Shown one piece after another: positions 12,480 to 26,156 of a stretch of DNA of 64,000 nucleotides. Below the pieces are notes generated by a model. That model was not told the DNA's origin. It saw nothing but the letters and a program-made list of their open reading frames with translations, and ran no database searches. The position numbers and the translations under genes are program-made. This DNA is from Lytechinus pictus (taxonomy: Eukaryota): the NCBI RefSeq assembly GCF_037042905.1, contig NC_087251.1, positions 37,760,001-37,824,000 of the forward strand, written 5' to 3'. The first letter of the stretch is position 1. Every line of letters begins with the position of its first letter.

Positions 12480-14210
12480 TAACAGTCATTTCTTAGCTTT
12501 ATTCTTATGAAACAACATAAAAGTGTAATAATCTCATAAGCCATATTTCAATAGTGCGAGCGCGAAGCGCGAGCTTAACATTTTGGGAGTTTCATGTATT
12601 TTGTCCTGAAAATTGAACATTCTGGGCAATGTTTGTAAACCTGAACAAGATGCGTATGTAACTAGATAATTAATGTGAGCGCGAAGCGCGAGCAGAAATT
12701 TTTGTTTTGTTTTGTTTTTGTTTTAATATGTGTTCCGGCTTGATCGAAAAGAGACATGTTAAGGACGTTTTGCAGTTAGCCATTAAGACGATGCATATTT
12801 CAAGTATTAAATAATGCGAGCTGAAATTTTTTGACATTTCGACCTAAAAAATTGACATTAGCATTTTTTGCAATCATTAACGGTATACGTAAATAATCAA
12901 ACAATTGATGCGAGCGCGGAGCGCGAGCCGAAAAAATAAGATTTCAGACCTAAAAATGGGACACCCTATTCATGTTTTGTAAATCATGAAAAAGGATGAG
13001 TAATTTAATATCTTCCTACATTAATTTGCGCTCGCAGAAAATTTTTGATGTTCTGATCTAAAACTGAATAATTTTAGCACGTTTTGAATTTAAGATCAAG
13101 CTGCGTATTTCAATAAACATGTGTGCGCATATTTCAGAGTTAGCCAGAATCTGGGCATTCTGAATACATTTCATTTTTATCATGAAAATAAAAAATGCAA
13201 GCGCGAAGCGCGAGCGGAAAATTTGATCCGGTATGAAAAGGGTGAAATTAAGCACTATCTTAAGCACTGTGTAGGGGAATTGTGAAGTGGATGTGGATAG
13301 CACTTAATAAATGATGCGAGTGCGATGCGCGAGCTGATATTTTTATTATTATTTTGACCTAGGACCTGGACATTTTAGGCCTAAGGACATTTTGTCATCA
13401 TATGAAAATGATGACTATCATCCTATTCCTCTTCCTGAGCGCGATATGAAACTTGTTGATATTCCTTTCTGAAAAAGGGACAATTTAGTTACTTGTTAGG
13501 AATTCATGAAAATTTTATTATCATATTTATTATTGATATTATAATTATTGATAAGCATAATGAGTGAGTGAAATTTGTTGACATTGAGGCCTGAAACTGG
13601 ATATTTTAAGCACTTTTGTAATCATGAATAGGATTCATGAGCTGCTATATTTGTAAAAATTAATGCGAGCGCAAATCGCGAGACGAAATTGATAATCTGT
13701 CATAAAAGGGGGATTTCAACTAGTTTTTTATAGAATTAATATATAAAGAATCTCATGGAATAAACAAAAACAATATGGAGGCCTACTTGGCAAATCAAAT
13801 AATGCGAGCGCACAGCGCAAAAAGCTGCAAATGATATTCACAACATAAAACGGACATTTTACAGAGCACTGAAAAAATCAACTTGTAAATCAAACAAAAT
13901 ATTGAAAACTCGATGTCTGAGCTGAAATATGCTTTGTATGTTGACTTCAAAACTTCTTTTAAGCTACATATCAGCCTATTGAGCAAGATGTGTATCTCAT
14001 CGAACAAGGCAATATAGTGACATGAAATATTTTCAAAATCATTTTACAAGACTTCCCATGACCTTATTTATTCACTTATCTTCCTCCTCTTATTTTTTCC
14101 TCTTCTTTTTCCTCTTTTATTTTCCCTTCTTTTTCTTTTTTCTTTCTTTTCCCTATCTTTCATTTTTTCTCCGCCAATAGGGGGGGGGCGGCCCCCCTGG
14201 ATCCGCCTAT
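12480..14210. mobile_element. Non-autonomous hAT-like element remnant with dispersed GCGAGCGCGAAGCGCGAG motifs
   Basis: About 10 copies of the motif (reverse complement of those in 17002-18129); G/C-rich terminus ggatccgcctatg. Left end not resolved. Confidence 0.6.
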
Positions 14211-14770
14211 GGGGGGTGAAACCCCACCCCACCACTCTGCGGGGCCGCGGAACGATTTTGAAAGTGGGGGGGGGGGGCTGAGCATGCAAAATATCATAAT
14301 CAGAAGGTCATTTTTACGTTTTTGTACATGGTTGTGGAAAAAAGTGCGGGGGCTGAAGCCCCTGCTCTGGATATATCGTCGGTAAATTTGCGCGTCCGTT
14401 GGGGAAAAAGGGAGGTAGAAGGAAAAACAGAAGGAAGAGAAAAAGAGGAAATAAAAAAAGAGAAGAGAAAGAAGGCAAGAGAAAAAAAGAAAAGCAGGGG
14501 CTGTTGGACTGACGCCTGTCGGAAAAATGATAAACTGTCGGGTCACGCAGGAATGCTCCAACTGCTTTATGTACCGACAAATACATTACATTTTGAATTT
14601 TCAAATTAAATATAGAAAGAAAAAATGCATAAGTCAAATCCCCTTCTCTTCCCTCTTTCCCTCTTTCTGCTGGAAGGGGGGGGGGGGGTTCAATGGCCTT
14701 TCGGCCCCACCCCTTCTTCTCGAGAAAAATTGCAGCCGATCTCCCCTACTTTACTTCTCCCTCTTTTTAA

Positions 14771-15475
14771 AGGGATGGTCCAGGCTGGAAAATTCACACA
14801 GCAAAATGCTGAAAATTTGATCAAAATCGGATAACAATTAACAAAGTTATTGAATTTTAAAGATTTGCATTATTACGGTGAAACAGTTCTAGGCATGTCT
14901 TCATGAATATTCATTAGGTGGGCTGATGATGTCATATGCCCACCTGCAGTGTTCTTTTGTATTTTATTATATGAAATTAGGTTTATTCAATTTTTTTCTA
15001 CCAAGAACTAAACCAGTTGAATTGACAACTGATTAAGTGCTTTAATTATTTATTGCCGCAACTTATTTCATCTTAATTGAGACACATCATTTATATGAAA
15101 AAAATGAAACAATTATGATATCATGTAATGACATAAGAAAAGGGAGAGTGGGGATACGATATCATCGGCCCACCTAATGAATATTCATGACGATGTGCAT
15201 AATTGAGACACATCATTTACACATGTATGAATAAATGAAACAATTATGATATCATGTAATGACATAAGAAAAGTGGGGATATACGACATCATCAGGCCAC
15301 CTAATGAATATTCATGACGATGTGCATATAACTGTTTAAAAAAAAATATTGACATGCTTTATAATTCAATAACTTTGTTATTTGTTATCCGATTTTGATG
15401 AAATTTACAGCATTTTGCTTTGTAAATTTTACTCTATTTATTTAGATATAAGTGATTTCAGTCCAGACCATCCCT
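14771..15475. mobile_element. Kolobok-like MITE (TTAA TSD)
   Basis: TTAA-agggatggtc...gaccatccct-TTAA; long internal inverted arms and an internal tandem duplication (about 15076-15330). Confidence 0.8.
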
Positions 15476-15875
15476 TTAAATGTTCCTTTCTTTTCACTCT
15501 TTTCTTCTCGTCTTCTCGTCCTGAAGAAATCGACTTGACGAGATACATCATTATTTGGTTTTGGGAAGTGCCTATATTCCATTCATGAATAAAGTCCTCA
15601 AAATATATCCCTTGAAGGGGGACTACTGTCAGGTTTCTTGCAAGTGTAATATTTTGGATAGCTATTAGTATGGCTTCCGAAACAAATTGTCAACAAGTAT
15701 GGCTATTACTGATATTGTGAACAAGATTGAAGACGCGTTCGAACGCAATTCTTTTCTTGTTGGTGTTTTTGTTGACTTGTCAAAGGCTTTCGACACTATC
15801 ATGATAATTATCATGTTAGCTAAATTAAAGCACCACGGGATTCGAAGAATAGCACATAAATGGTATAGTAGCTAC

Positions 15876-18263
15876 CATGGGTGTCGATCACGGGGGGGAT
15901 GGGGGATATATCCCCCCCAATATTTCAAGTGGGGGGGATGGCCTGTATTATCATCCCCCCCAATAATTTAGGGTAGAAAATTTATAATAATGATGATGAA
16001 AAAATGAAAAGTTTGATCATGATGATTATAGTGATGATTATAGTATGCCATCAATCAGTTTTTTTCCCTCGCAATTTGTGTATATTGTTATTGAATAAAA
16101 ACATTCTTTCCAGGACTTTTGAACAGATGGGTGGAGGTTCAAAATGAAAAAGAATGAAATGTTTATGTGTATGATATTTTTTAACACATGACATAAAAGG
16201 ACCCCGACGAAAAACAACTTTTGTTGATAAGTTGTTCCATCCCACCAGTGGTAATATGATCATATTTTTACAATTTTTTAATAAGTGAAATCAATTAATG
16301 GTTTCAGAAAGAATAATCATTCATTGCTCTCTAAAGCGTATCTTCGGATATGAACATCGGATGTTTTTTTTTTCATGTTATTGTTGTTATTGTTATGGAC
16401 TTGAATAACTAAACTTGATTGATTTTTTCTTATTTTGCCAAAAAGAAATCTCTTTTGAGTTTGGAAAGGGATGACAGTTTTGCATTCTATATGAGCACAC
16501 TCATGCGGTACGTAAATTTCATTTTAACACATATATTAGCTGATATTACACACTGATGGTTCAAGAAAATGTTGGAGAAATATCATAACATGACAGTTGG
16601 GTTTTGATTGTTTTTATGTTTGTTTTTGTTTCATGCACTTATAAAGCATTTAAAACATGTTAAAATCCAGGGTTAAAATCGTCTAAGGAATGACGGTAAG
16701 CCCGATGGCGCACGAGAAGCCACACAGTTTGTCATTTGTGCTAGTCTTAATTTGTCCGAATCTGCATTTTATCATCATGCATTAAGAAGAAAAAAAGATA
16801 TTGCCAGTCGGGTTAGATTTAAGAGAGAAGTTGTATACATCATGTTCAATAAACAGATCACTTTGTACATGATCCAGACAATTTTTGTCATTTTTTCTTT
16901 CGTATGAGTTTAGAATAGGCTTACTTGTAACACAAATTGAATTTTCAAAAAAAATTATATAAGTACAGTACACTGCAACAATGAAAGAATTTCCAAGAAC
17001 ACAGTGGCGTAACTACGGGGGGGGGGCATGGGGGCACGTGCCCCCCCCCCCCCATCGGCTGGCCAAAAAAAAACGGGGAAGAGGAGAAAGGAAGAGAAAC
17101 GTAGTGGAAATGAAGAAATTATTGTTCATTATAATGTTATATTATAATAATATTATGTTATAATACATAAGAAACATTTTTTCATAACTTTATGTTGCTC
17201 AGGCCTAGATGTCTTTATTGTTCCCGGTACTCGCATTGTCTGTTTAACGTTTTTAAGTCAATATACACCAAATATATTTCCTCGCACTTCGACTTATTGT
17301 TTTATGTAGTGACATATGGTTCTTTTTCATGACTACTTAAAGTGATTGCCCCATTTTAAGAAGTTAATATAAAACATTTCCTGTCCGTGCTTACGTTCGC
17401 ACTAGTAGATTGGTGAGATATGTCTGCTCTTCATGAATTCCTAAAAATCAGTCCTTAAAATGTCCCTTTTTCTGATCTGAATATCAAAAAATTTCAGCTC
17501 GCGCTTCGCGCTCGCATCATTCGTTTAGTGAAATACGTATCGTATGGTCTTAGTGAATTCTTACAAACAGGCCTTAGAATGCCTCTCTTCAGGTCTAAAT
17601 ATCCTAAATTTTCAGCTCGCGCTTCGCGCTCGCAATATTTGATGAGTGAGATGCGTATTATCATGATTACAATGACTACAAAAAGTGTTTCATGTGTTTA
17701 GATGTAGCAACATCAGCAATTAAGCGCTTTGCACTCGCATTAGATGACTATGGTGAGATATGTATACTCTTAATGGATTCCTAAAATATAGTCCTTAACA
17801 TGTCCTTGTTTGGGGTCAATATTTACAAAAATTTCAGCTCGCTCTTCGCGCTCGCATTGTTTGTTTAGCGAGACAGGTATGTATCATGATTACAAAAATT
17901 TGCTTATAATGTCCCTGTTTGGTCTGCATATCAAAAATGTTCAGCTCGCGCTTCGCGCTCGCATTATTTGAGCAGTGAGATACATATCCGTTTAATGGCA
18001 CTGTCCTTAAAATGTCCCTATTAGGTCAGTATACCTGGCAACTGAGCGCGCTTCGCGCGCTCACTAAGTGACTCAAACATTTTGCTGGTGCCCCCCCCCC
18101 CCAATGCCGTGACTCACGGTACGCCACTGCAAGAACACCATATCAACCACTCCCAAATGTCCTAACTTGTGATTTTAGTGGGGGTAATGTTGAAAGATCC
18201 CCATCCACAAGAACATTTGTGTCAATCATCCCCCCCAACCAAGAATACCGATCGACACCCATG
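15876..18263. mobile_element. Non-autonomous DNA transposon inserted in the LINE
   Basis: TIR catgggtgtcgatc / gatcgacacccatg; flanks agtagctac / actagctac (9-bp TSD, one mismatch). Confidence 0.85.
17002..18129. mobile_element. hAT-type non-autonomous element nested in 15876-18263
   Basis: TIR cagtggcgta / tacgccactg; perfect 8-bp TSD caagaaca; internal gctcgcgcttcgcgctcgc repeats. Confidence 0.9.
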
Positions 18264-18410
18264 ACTAGCTACCTCTCAAATCGATTTCAATGTACTAATA
18301 CCTACTTGTCAGAACCTAAGAAAATAGTGTGTGGCCCGTTCCACAAAGGTCCTTGTTAGGGCGTTTGTTGTGTTAGAATATGTTGCAAATATGTCAAATA
18401 TCCGATCTTT

Positions 18411-18649
18411 CACTGTAAAAACTGTGGTGTTAAAACTGACACCAGTTGTTGTTAATAGAGGACCACACCCTGAGGTGTTAAAATTACACCCTAGAGATTG
18501 AACATAACACCAAAGAGTGTAAACGTAACAACCGAAGGTGTTGTAATAACACCTAAAGGTGTTAAACTAACACTGTCAATTTAACACCGGTGTAAAATAA
18601 CTGGTGTGGTCCTCTATGTACACCGGTTAACACCCCAGTTTTTGATGTG
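18411..18649. mobile_element. EnSpm/CACTA-like MITE inserted in the LINE
   Basis: Starts CACTGtaaaa; many ggtgttaa/taacacc subterminal repeats in both orientations. A related fragment lies at about 8430-8625. Confidence 0.65.
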
Positions 18650-19509
18650 ACTATATGCTGATGATACTCTTTTTCATGGTAAAGATCTAGCGTACTCCTT
18701 ACCTCTCTAAGCTACATGTGCATATGAATAGGCAAATACATCTGTTAACCCCCGTAAATGTATCTTCATTATTTTCAGTAATCGTAATAAACAATATGAC
18801 ACTGAGTTTTTTTTTTTACTTAGAATTAAATAGTATTGAGATCTCTAAGGTTGAAAAAAAAAATCTTGGTGTAACCATTGATTTAAAATCAACTCTGAAA
18901 TTACGTACAAAACATATATAGAGAAGAAAATATCAAAGAATATTTGTATCATATCCAGATTACTTTTTTACCAGCTGAGATTGTCAATGTTGTATTCCAC
19001 ACTTGTATTGCCTTATTTGACTTATTGTAACTTAGTTTGGGGTAGTATTTATATAGATACAATACATGTTCCTCTTCATTAATTCATTTGCCAAGACACA
19101 GAACATGTTCTTATCAACAGAATATTTGTTTTATAGGTCCGAAAAAATGGAACAATCTAAAGACATCAGAAATGCACCATCTTTGAATTGCTTTAGACAA
19201 AACTTACATCTAGTCTCTAAATTGAGAGAGTTGCTTAGTTACAGTTGTGGGTTGATTGGTTGGACGATTTATTTAATTTTTCATATGATATAAAGAATTG
19301 CCCTGATTTGTTTCCTTATTTTCCCCCCGTAATGTAATGTACTTTTTATGGATAAGTTTTAAAAAAAAGTATTTTGTCTTTATCGTTCTTTATGTCAAGG
19401 TGCACTCGTCACAAGCACTGCATGTACTGCTTACAGAGTTGCTATAGTGTACTAATGCTTTTATCTTTTGAATGTTGGATTGAATAGGTAAAAAAGTAAC
19501 TATGATTAA

Positions 19510-19986
19510 AGGACAAGTCCACCCAATCAAAAGCTGATTTGAATAGAAAGAGAAAAATCAAAAAAGCATAACACTGACAAATTCTTCAAAATCGGATGTA
19601 AAATAAGAAAGTTAGGCCTATAACATTTTAAAGTTTCGCTTATTTCTCAAAACAGTTATATGCACATCCTGTTCGGTATGTAAATGAGGGTACCGATGAC
19701 ATCACCCACTCAGTTGTATTTTTTGTATGAAATAATTGTCAAATTCGTAAAAATGGAAATATTGTATAATTCAAACAATAAAAAACAAAAGAAATAGTGA
19801 GTGAGTGACATCGTCGACTCCCTCACTGAATTGAGCATAGAACTGTTTTGTGAAATATAAGCGAAACTTTAAAATGTCATAACTTTCTTATTTTACATCC
19901 GATTTTGATGAAGTTTTCAGCGTTATTCACGTTTAAGTTTTCTCTATTTATTTAAATCAATTTTGTTTCAGGGGTGAACTTGACCT
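19510..19986. mobile_element. Kolobok-like MITE
   Basis: TTAA-aggacaagtccacc...ggtgaacttgacct-TTAA; same family as 27569-28169. Confidence 0.85.
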
Positions 19987-20462
19987 TTAAAAAGGTTTTA
20001 TATTATTTTTCTTTTCTCTTTGCAATTTGCTAGATGTCGGACACCGGCACCCGGCGCACCTACAATGTAGCTCGAGCAAGGACGGCTTCGTAGCGGGAGT
20101 TTCGAATTGAATATAGGCCTAGATCTTTTCTGTTCATTTTGTACAAATTTGGGCTAGATTTGAAAATGAAAAACGCATCAATAGACCAGAACAGCATTAA
20201 TGTTGTGCATTTCAAGTTGTTACTCTTCTACCATCACGACTTGGAAATTGGAGCGGATGGACATGTGACTCAGCCAGGCTCAGCAGCAGGCAGGCAGGTC
20301 TGACTTGGCCTAGTCTGGGCCGTTGGATCCCCGTGCAAGTTCTGGAGCGATTGCCTGGCTTTAGGCTAGTGCCAGCTAGTAGTAGTAATGATCCGGCCGC
20401 CAATCCCTGACTCCTGAGCAGCTGACAATAATCTTCTTAGCCTTTGCTGACCGACCACCATC

Positions 20463-20509
20463 ATGTCAGATTCGGCATCAGCAATACGGAAGAGGAGGTA
20501 CCACTACCA
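20463..20509 (+). other. Candidate first-exon coding part (MSDSASAIRKRRYHY) of the long + strand transcript
   Basis: accatcATG context in a GC-richer island (about 20030-20510), followed by a strong gtaagt donor. Confidence 0.45.
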
Positions 20510-20643
20510 GTAAGTATACAGACTTTACTTACAGTCTGTAGACCTGGGGGGAGGCACTCATATTACTTAGTCATAAAACATATTTATAATTAGGCCTATA
20601 TTTTATAATTATATTCTGATGGGGTGTGCCTCACATAAATCCT

Positions 20644-21094
20644 GGTAAGAGTTCCATATGCACCCCCCACTAAAATTGAAAATATAAACATGGAGAAGGT
20701 TCAGAATAATATATCTAGCCCTAATAATAATATCGAACATATATGATGGGGAAGTGGAAATACATACCAAAATATGGCTTTATTCCGTCAAATTTCGAGT
20801 CAGATCTTGTGCGTGTAATTGTCCATAGACATCGGTTTATTTAGTCAGTAAAGGGTCTGCGAGTCAAGACTAGTCGAACTATCGGCTGATAATCGTAAAA
20901 ATACCCTTTCCGGTATCAGCGCTTCTCGCTAGCATAGCGGGAAAGGTCTTGACTGCAGATCAACCGAGGTGAGTTCGAGTCCCAACTAAGGTAAGCAACA
21001 GTAAAAAAATGATAGAAAAATCTGAAGTGAACGAACCGGAAGTCTCAACAATCTTTTGTTATTTTTGGTGGGGGGTGCATATGGAACTCTTTCC
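20644..21094. mobile_element. MITE with GG termini and 8-bp TSD (Merlin- or Mutator-like)
   Basis: TIR ggtaagagttccatatgcacccccca / tggggggtgcatatggaactctttcc; TSD taaatcct on both sides. Confidence 0.85.
20923..20992 (+). pseudogene. tRNA-Cys(GCA)-derived sequence inside the MITE
   Basis: A box TAGCATAGCGG, anticodon arm TTGA-CT-GCA-GA-TCAA, B box AGTTCGAGTCC; acceptor stem does not pair well. Confidence 0.65.
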
Positions 21095-22149
21095 TAAATC
21101 CTGAATTGAATTTAATGGGGATTGGGGATATAACTAGCCAGGCGGCTTCTTGAGAGTAAAAATTATTTACTAACGTATGCTTACTCTCAATGAAGCCAGG
21201 GATTCCTTCCTATTCATCTGCGTGTACCGCAAAAAAACCTGAAACTTTCGCCCCCGAGATTAGGGAAGTACAATAAGAAACAGAACCCATATTAATAAAG
21301 CTTAGAAATGACTAGGATATCGGCATTTTGCCCCCTCCCTCCCAATTTTTCACGACCAAGAAAAAAGAAAAAGAAAGGGATAAGGATAAAATATAGGCCT
21401 GTTATTTTCCAAGTGTTATGTCATAATTTATCAAAAACTTTTTGTAATTATGTCGAAATTTTTGCTCGCTCGCAACTTGTTATTAATTTTTACGCGATAC
21501 GCCCTATTGAGCCCCCTCAAAAATTTTGGCTCATTACACCACTGGGACAACCCCTTCAAAGAAACAAACAAATCAACTTTGAGTGGTCGATCGGGGAAAA
21601 TATGGGTGAAAAAAAATTTCGGGCCCCCCGTATTGGCGAGAGCTGGATCTGCCCCTGAGGTACGGTGCATGTCACTCAGGCCTAGCGCTTTGCATGATGA
21701 TGCATGTATATGTGAGCACTAGCACAGTAGCAGTGCATGGAGCTGCTAGCGGAAGGAGTTGTGAAGCCGTGTGTGCAGCTCTCGCATGCGGTAGTCGCGC
21801 TGGACAATTTTGGCAGGGCTAGGGAACTGAGATGTTCATAGCGGGGTGTTGTGTGAGCGGGGCAGGGCGGCTTCTGAATGGAAATTTCGTCATTCGGAGT
21901 ATCTATAAAAATGAAAATTAGGTCTGAAAAAGGGGGTCATCAAAGCGGCATGTCCCCGTACGACCAATATATGTGAGTGCCCCCCCCCCCCTGGGACATT
22001 AGATCTTCTATGTTTCTTTCATTCCATTTGTGCAATTTTGTCAACTTTTTTTTTAAATTGAAGTTTGAATAGGCCATGGGCATGGCACCTGTTGATTTTG
22101 TGCAATTTTGTCAACTTTGAATATTTATTTAGAGTCTAGATCTATTTCA

Positions 22150-23400
22150 ATGTATTTAACCAGGGTAGCCCACTCAGCAATAAACTGGTCTCACGTGGGT
22201 TCCTGGAATGCATGTTAAAAACAAGTGGGTATAGATCTATATATCTAAAAACATTGCAAATAGATGCAAATATACAAGTTGATATGAGTAACATATTAAA
22301 AGGGAAGTTCAACCTGACAAAAAGATAGCATAAATATAAACAAAAATATTGCTGAAGGTTAGAAAAGTTATTAGAATTTTAATTATTTGATTTGTGACAT
22401 ATGCGAGCAACTATCCTATGTATTGTATGGGTGAAAAATCAATGAAACGTCATTTCTCAGAAAATTGAAAAGGTTTTTATTGTACATGTACCTTCAGTAT
22501 ATCAATAAACAAATAATTTCACACCCATTCCTAAAAAGAAAACAAAAAAAAGTAATCGTGAACCATTAAAAAATAGAAATTTATGCATTTTATATTACAT
22601 AACGTACGGGGCAGCTGCTTGTTAATGACGTCACAAATCCAAAACTTTAAATTCTGATAATCTTTAATGGATTTTCCTCAAATCTTTACCAATAATTTTT
22701 TTAAATTATTTTTATGCTATTTTTACAACAAACTTTTCTTTGGGGTGAACTTCCCTTTTAAACTTGTATCATATAACAGAAAACAAAATACCAAGTAGAC
22801 CTATACTATACGGCATCTATAAAGATAATACAAACTAGGTCGACTATAATGAATGAACAAAATTACAAAGCAATACATACAGTGCAGCCTGATACAGTGA
22901 TAAATGAAATTAATCACAGGCATAAAAGGTTGATTGCAATTTATCAGGCAACTTTTAAGCTTAAAATTTAAAAAAAGATGAACTTCTAGTTTTTTGTTAA
23001 AAATTTATAGAGATCGTGATTGTTTTATTTCAAATGGCAAGTTATTCCAAAGTAAGCTCAGTAAGAAAGAGAATGCTAGATAAAAATCTTGGTATGAGCT
23101 TTTGGGGTGATTAAATTATCTTTTGCTGCAAATGTAGTGTTGAAACAATGAGAGTCACTTGCAAGAGTAAACACATGATAGAATTCTGATGATAGACCAT
23201 TAATACACCTACATAAAAATACATGTACATTAAAAATAGGTAACCTATCGTTGAAGAGGAGCCATTTGAATTCATGAAACATTTCTTTCTAGGGGATATA
23301 TAAAAATGAAATTTTAGGATTAATCTAGCTGCTCTTTTTTGAAGTTTGTGTTCAGTCAGTGTGCATATTGAAACGCAACCCCCAGATTTCACAGCAATAA
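22150..23400 (-). mobile_element. L2/CR1-type LINE 3' fragment interrupted by a Kolobok-like MITE
   Basis: KLQKRAARLIL..F.EFKWL..DRL frameshifted ORF2 end; 3' tail (+ strand tatttaaccagggtagcc). Confidence 0.75.
22300..22757. mobile_element. Kolobok-like MITE
   Basis: TTAA-aagggaagttca...tgaacttccctt-TTAA. Confidence 0.8.
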
Positions 23401-25451
23401 TCAAGGTGTGATTAGACTAACATATAGAATCTTAAGGGTATTTTTGTCAAAAGCCATGATGGCTCTTAACCTAGCCTCAGGTGATGGTTTGTGTACGCTT
23501 CAGTCACTATACAAACCATCAGGGTGAAGGTGAGTCAATTATAGCACATGAAGAATAAAGATTTTAAATCAATTTTCAGAGCAATACCACTCATCCAATG
23601 TACATGTGCAAGGTTATGATATAGGCCTAACTTTGTTCTGTGTTAGGACTCCATGTGTGGTGAAATAAGATTGGAATGTTTGGCTTATTTTCACTTGTTC
23701 TTGGGATAAATGCTTGATTTTTTTACTCTCAGTCTGTCAGTTTCCATTACAGATTTTCGTCATGTAACTTGGCTCTAAAGTAAATTGAATTAAAAAGAGA
23801 AATTGTTTGGTCCAAATTCAGACCAACTTTACTTTCCACCAATAGCGCGACTACAAAAAGATATATGCTCAAAATTAACGTTTTTGAGCACTGATGAATA
23901 AAAAAATGATCTCCAAGTTAATGATGAAAACAAAATGATAATTGTAAGGAACTGAGTAAATTTGGTTACAAAAGTGATGTTTTGAATAATTTTTAGATTA
24001 TGTATGATGCATAGATCTACATGTAGATTCACAACAGACAATTGCAAGTGACTGATACATTTTCTACCATGGAAAATGAATGAACTAGATTCTGGTTGCT
24101 TATTGATCGAGTACATCTTAAAGATGCCTGGTAAGCCCATTTTTTGCATCAAGTAGACCGTGTAAAAAAAAATCTTACAAGTCGTGAATTGACAGTCAAA
24201 TTTCTATGGTCTCACCCTGATGCCTTAGTTTGTGTTGAACTGAGGTATTTCTGACTTAGACTGTAGACCAAAAAAAGCTTCAGTCTCTGTACAATCAGTT
24301 TCGCTGAACTCTGTTGGCTGCACTCATCAGTATATGGTCAAATGTCAGAAATGAATCCCCAGAAAAGATGGTTATTCCTGTCTATTTCTGTCCCTGCTTC
24401 TTCCTTTCTCATGTTCCCTCTCCTGTTCCCTCTCCTGTTTTCTATTTCCTCTTGCTTACTCTTTTCTTATTTAAGTACAAATATTCATGTACTAAAGGGA
24501 ATAATTTTCCTGGTATCGCATTGCACTTTGCTCCACATTTTTGAAAGACTGCTATGCAAAAAGTCTTTTGTATAGCATATTTTTACATAGGACTGTACAT
24601 TACTTAGTTGAGAGCTTTTCTTATGACCAAAAATGCTATTCAAATTTGTAAAGCAAAATTATTCCCTGTACTATGTGTGTTTGATTGATTTCCCCCTCCT
24701 TTTTAGATATATATGATGGGGTGACCGTAATTTGTGCAAATTTGAAAAAATTATTATGAAGGTGATATTCAGTTTATTACTCACAGAACCTGTCACAGTT
24801 CACGAAAAAAACAAAAAACTAAAACCATGAATACCAAATGGACTACAAGATCCTAGAGTCGCAATCACTTGACAGAATTATTATGTTGGTCAAATGGTTT
24901 TGATGACATTGCAATCTCAAAACTCTATGCTGATCGACAAGGGTGTGTTATCTAGGGAAAAAAAGTCACAACATAGTGTGACCTTATTTTACGCATGATA
25001 GTTTTGCAAAGCTTTATAAAAGAAGTCGGGCACATTTAGGAAAGATAATTGTATCAGATGCTGGTTAAAATGGCACTAAATGGGTTGGTATCACATTATA
25101 TTTGTTTGAAGATGTCTGCAATTTCTTGATGCTAAGAAGGTGACAAAATTTTCTGATCTTTTGACAATATTTTCACAAATGCAGAATAGTTTCATGGAGT
25201 GTGGGAGTAGACCCTCTGTCATATGATTGTCATATTTCTAATGCAAATACATGTAATATGTTCATATCTTCATGAGATAATGTCTGGGAACAAGCTTTTT
25301 TAATTCGTTGAGTGGTCAACCCAGAAATGAAATATGTTTCCGATCAAGTTCAACTCAACAAAGCCAGTACATGCCCATCATATCTCAACAGAAATTTTCA
25401 CTGGGTGACTTGTGCAGCGGAATACATGATCAGATACTAACTATATACCTG

Positions 25452-25607
25452 GGGGGCGTTTCATGAAAGGACTTGTCGGACGTTTTATCCGACAAGTCCC
25501 ATTTTATCCGACAGTTACCATAGGAACAGTGCCCTCAGCCAATCAAAATCATGGAAAGATGTCAGATCTGACAACTTGTCGGATGAAAATATTGATGAAA
25601 CGCTACC
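25452..25607. mobile_element. PIF/Harbinger-like MITE (near-identical inverted copy at 50034-50190)
   Basis: CTG TSD; ends gggggcgtttcat / atgaaacgctacc. Confidence 0.85.
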
Positions 25608-26156
25608 CTGTACTCAATGTCGGTATGTACAAGCCTTGTCAACAACATTCAATAGTCCAAAATTTGTCATGCTCCATGTGCACCATTTCAAGGTCTAGCA
25701 CTGAAGTGAACTATAACTAGATTTTCTGAATACTATTAGAACGCCTAGCCTTGCTATATAGATTTTAGTCATTTCATATCTACAGTAGATGTAAATTCAC
25801 ATGAGTCAAGAAATAATTACGCAGGGACTCTGATCGCTTTAAGTGAATTTTCTGATTTTAGGAAATAAGAAATTATTATCTTGCAACTCTACCTGTGGAA
25901 TTTGAACAACTTGAAAATTATTTTGTTGTCTTTTGTAAAACAAAAAATAAATAAAATAAAAGGATAAAGTTTGAGAAAATTTGGACAAGCAACTTTAAGA
26001 AAGTTACATGTTTGTCAATATCATTTAAATGCCCAGAATTTTGATGCTATGAAGATCTTCCCATTCATTGGCAAGGTGACCGAGGTGTGCTCATGATATC
26101 CTACATTCCTACTCACATATCAACAACGAGCAGAAGTGCACAGCCAATATTAGATA

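Larger units (their letters stand above)
15600..19240 (+). mobile_element. Decayed CR1/L2-type LINE reverse transcriptase split by nested DNA elements
   Basis: GFR..STSMAITDIV..VGVFVDLSKAFDTI..KWYSSY (to 15875) resumes as LSNRFQ (18273), a GVPQGS-like segment, LYADDT (18651) and DIRNAPSLNCFR (about 19160). Confidence 0.85.
20543..21994. mobile_element. CC(C/T)GGGGG-ended non-autonomous DNA element with nested inserts
   Basis: cctggggggaggcactcata / tatgtgagtgcccccccccccctgg inverted ends with GA on both flanks. Confidence 0.6.

Noticed and set aside
14068..14834. Overlapping Lys/Arg- and Phe-rich ORFs
   Set aside because: Purine/pyrimidine-biased low-complexity interiors of MITEs.
20923..20992. 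Functional tRNA-Cys gene
   Set aside because: Acceptor and T stems pair poorly; called tRNA-derived instead.
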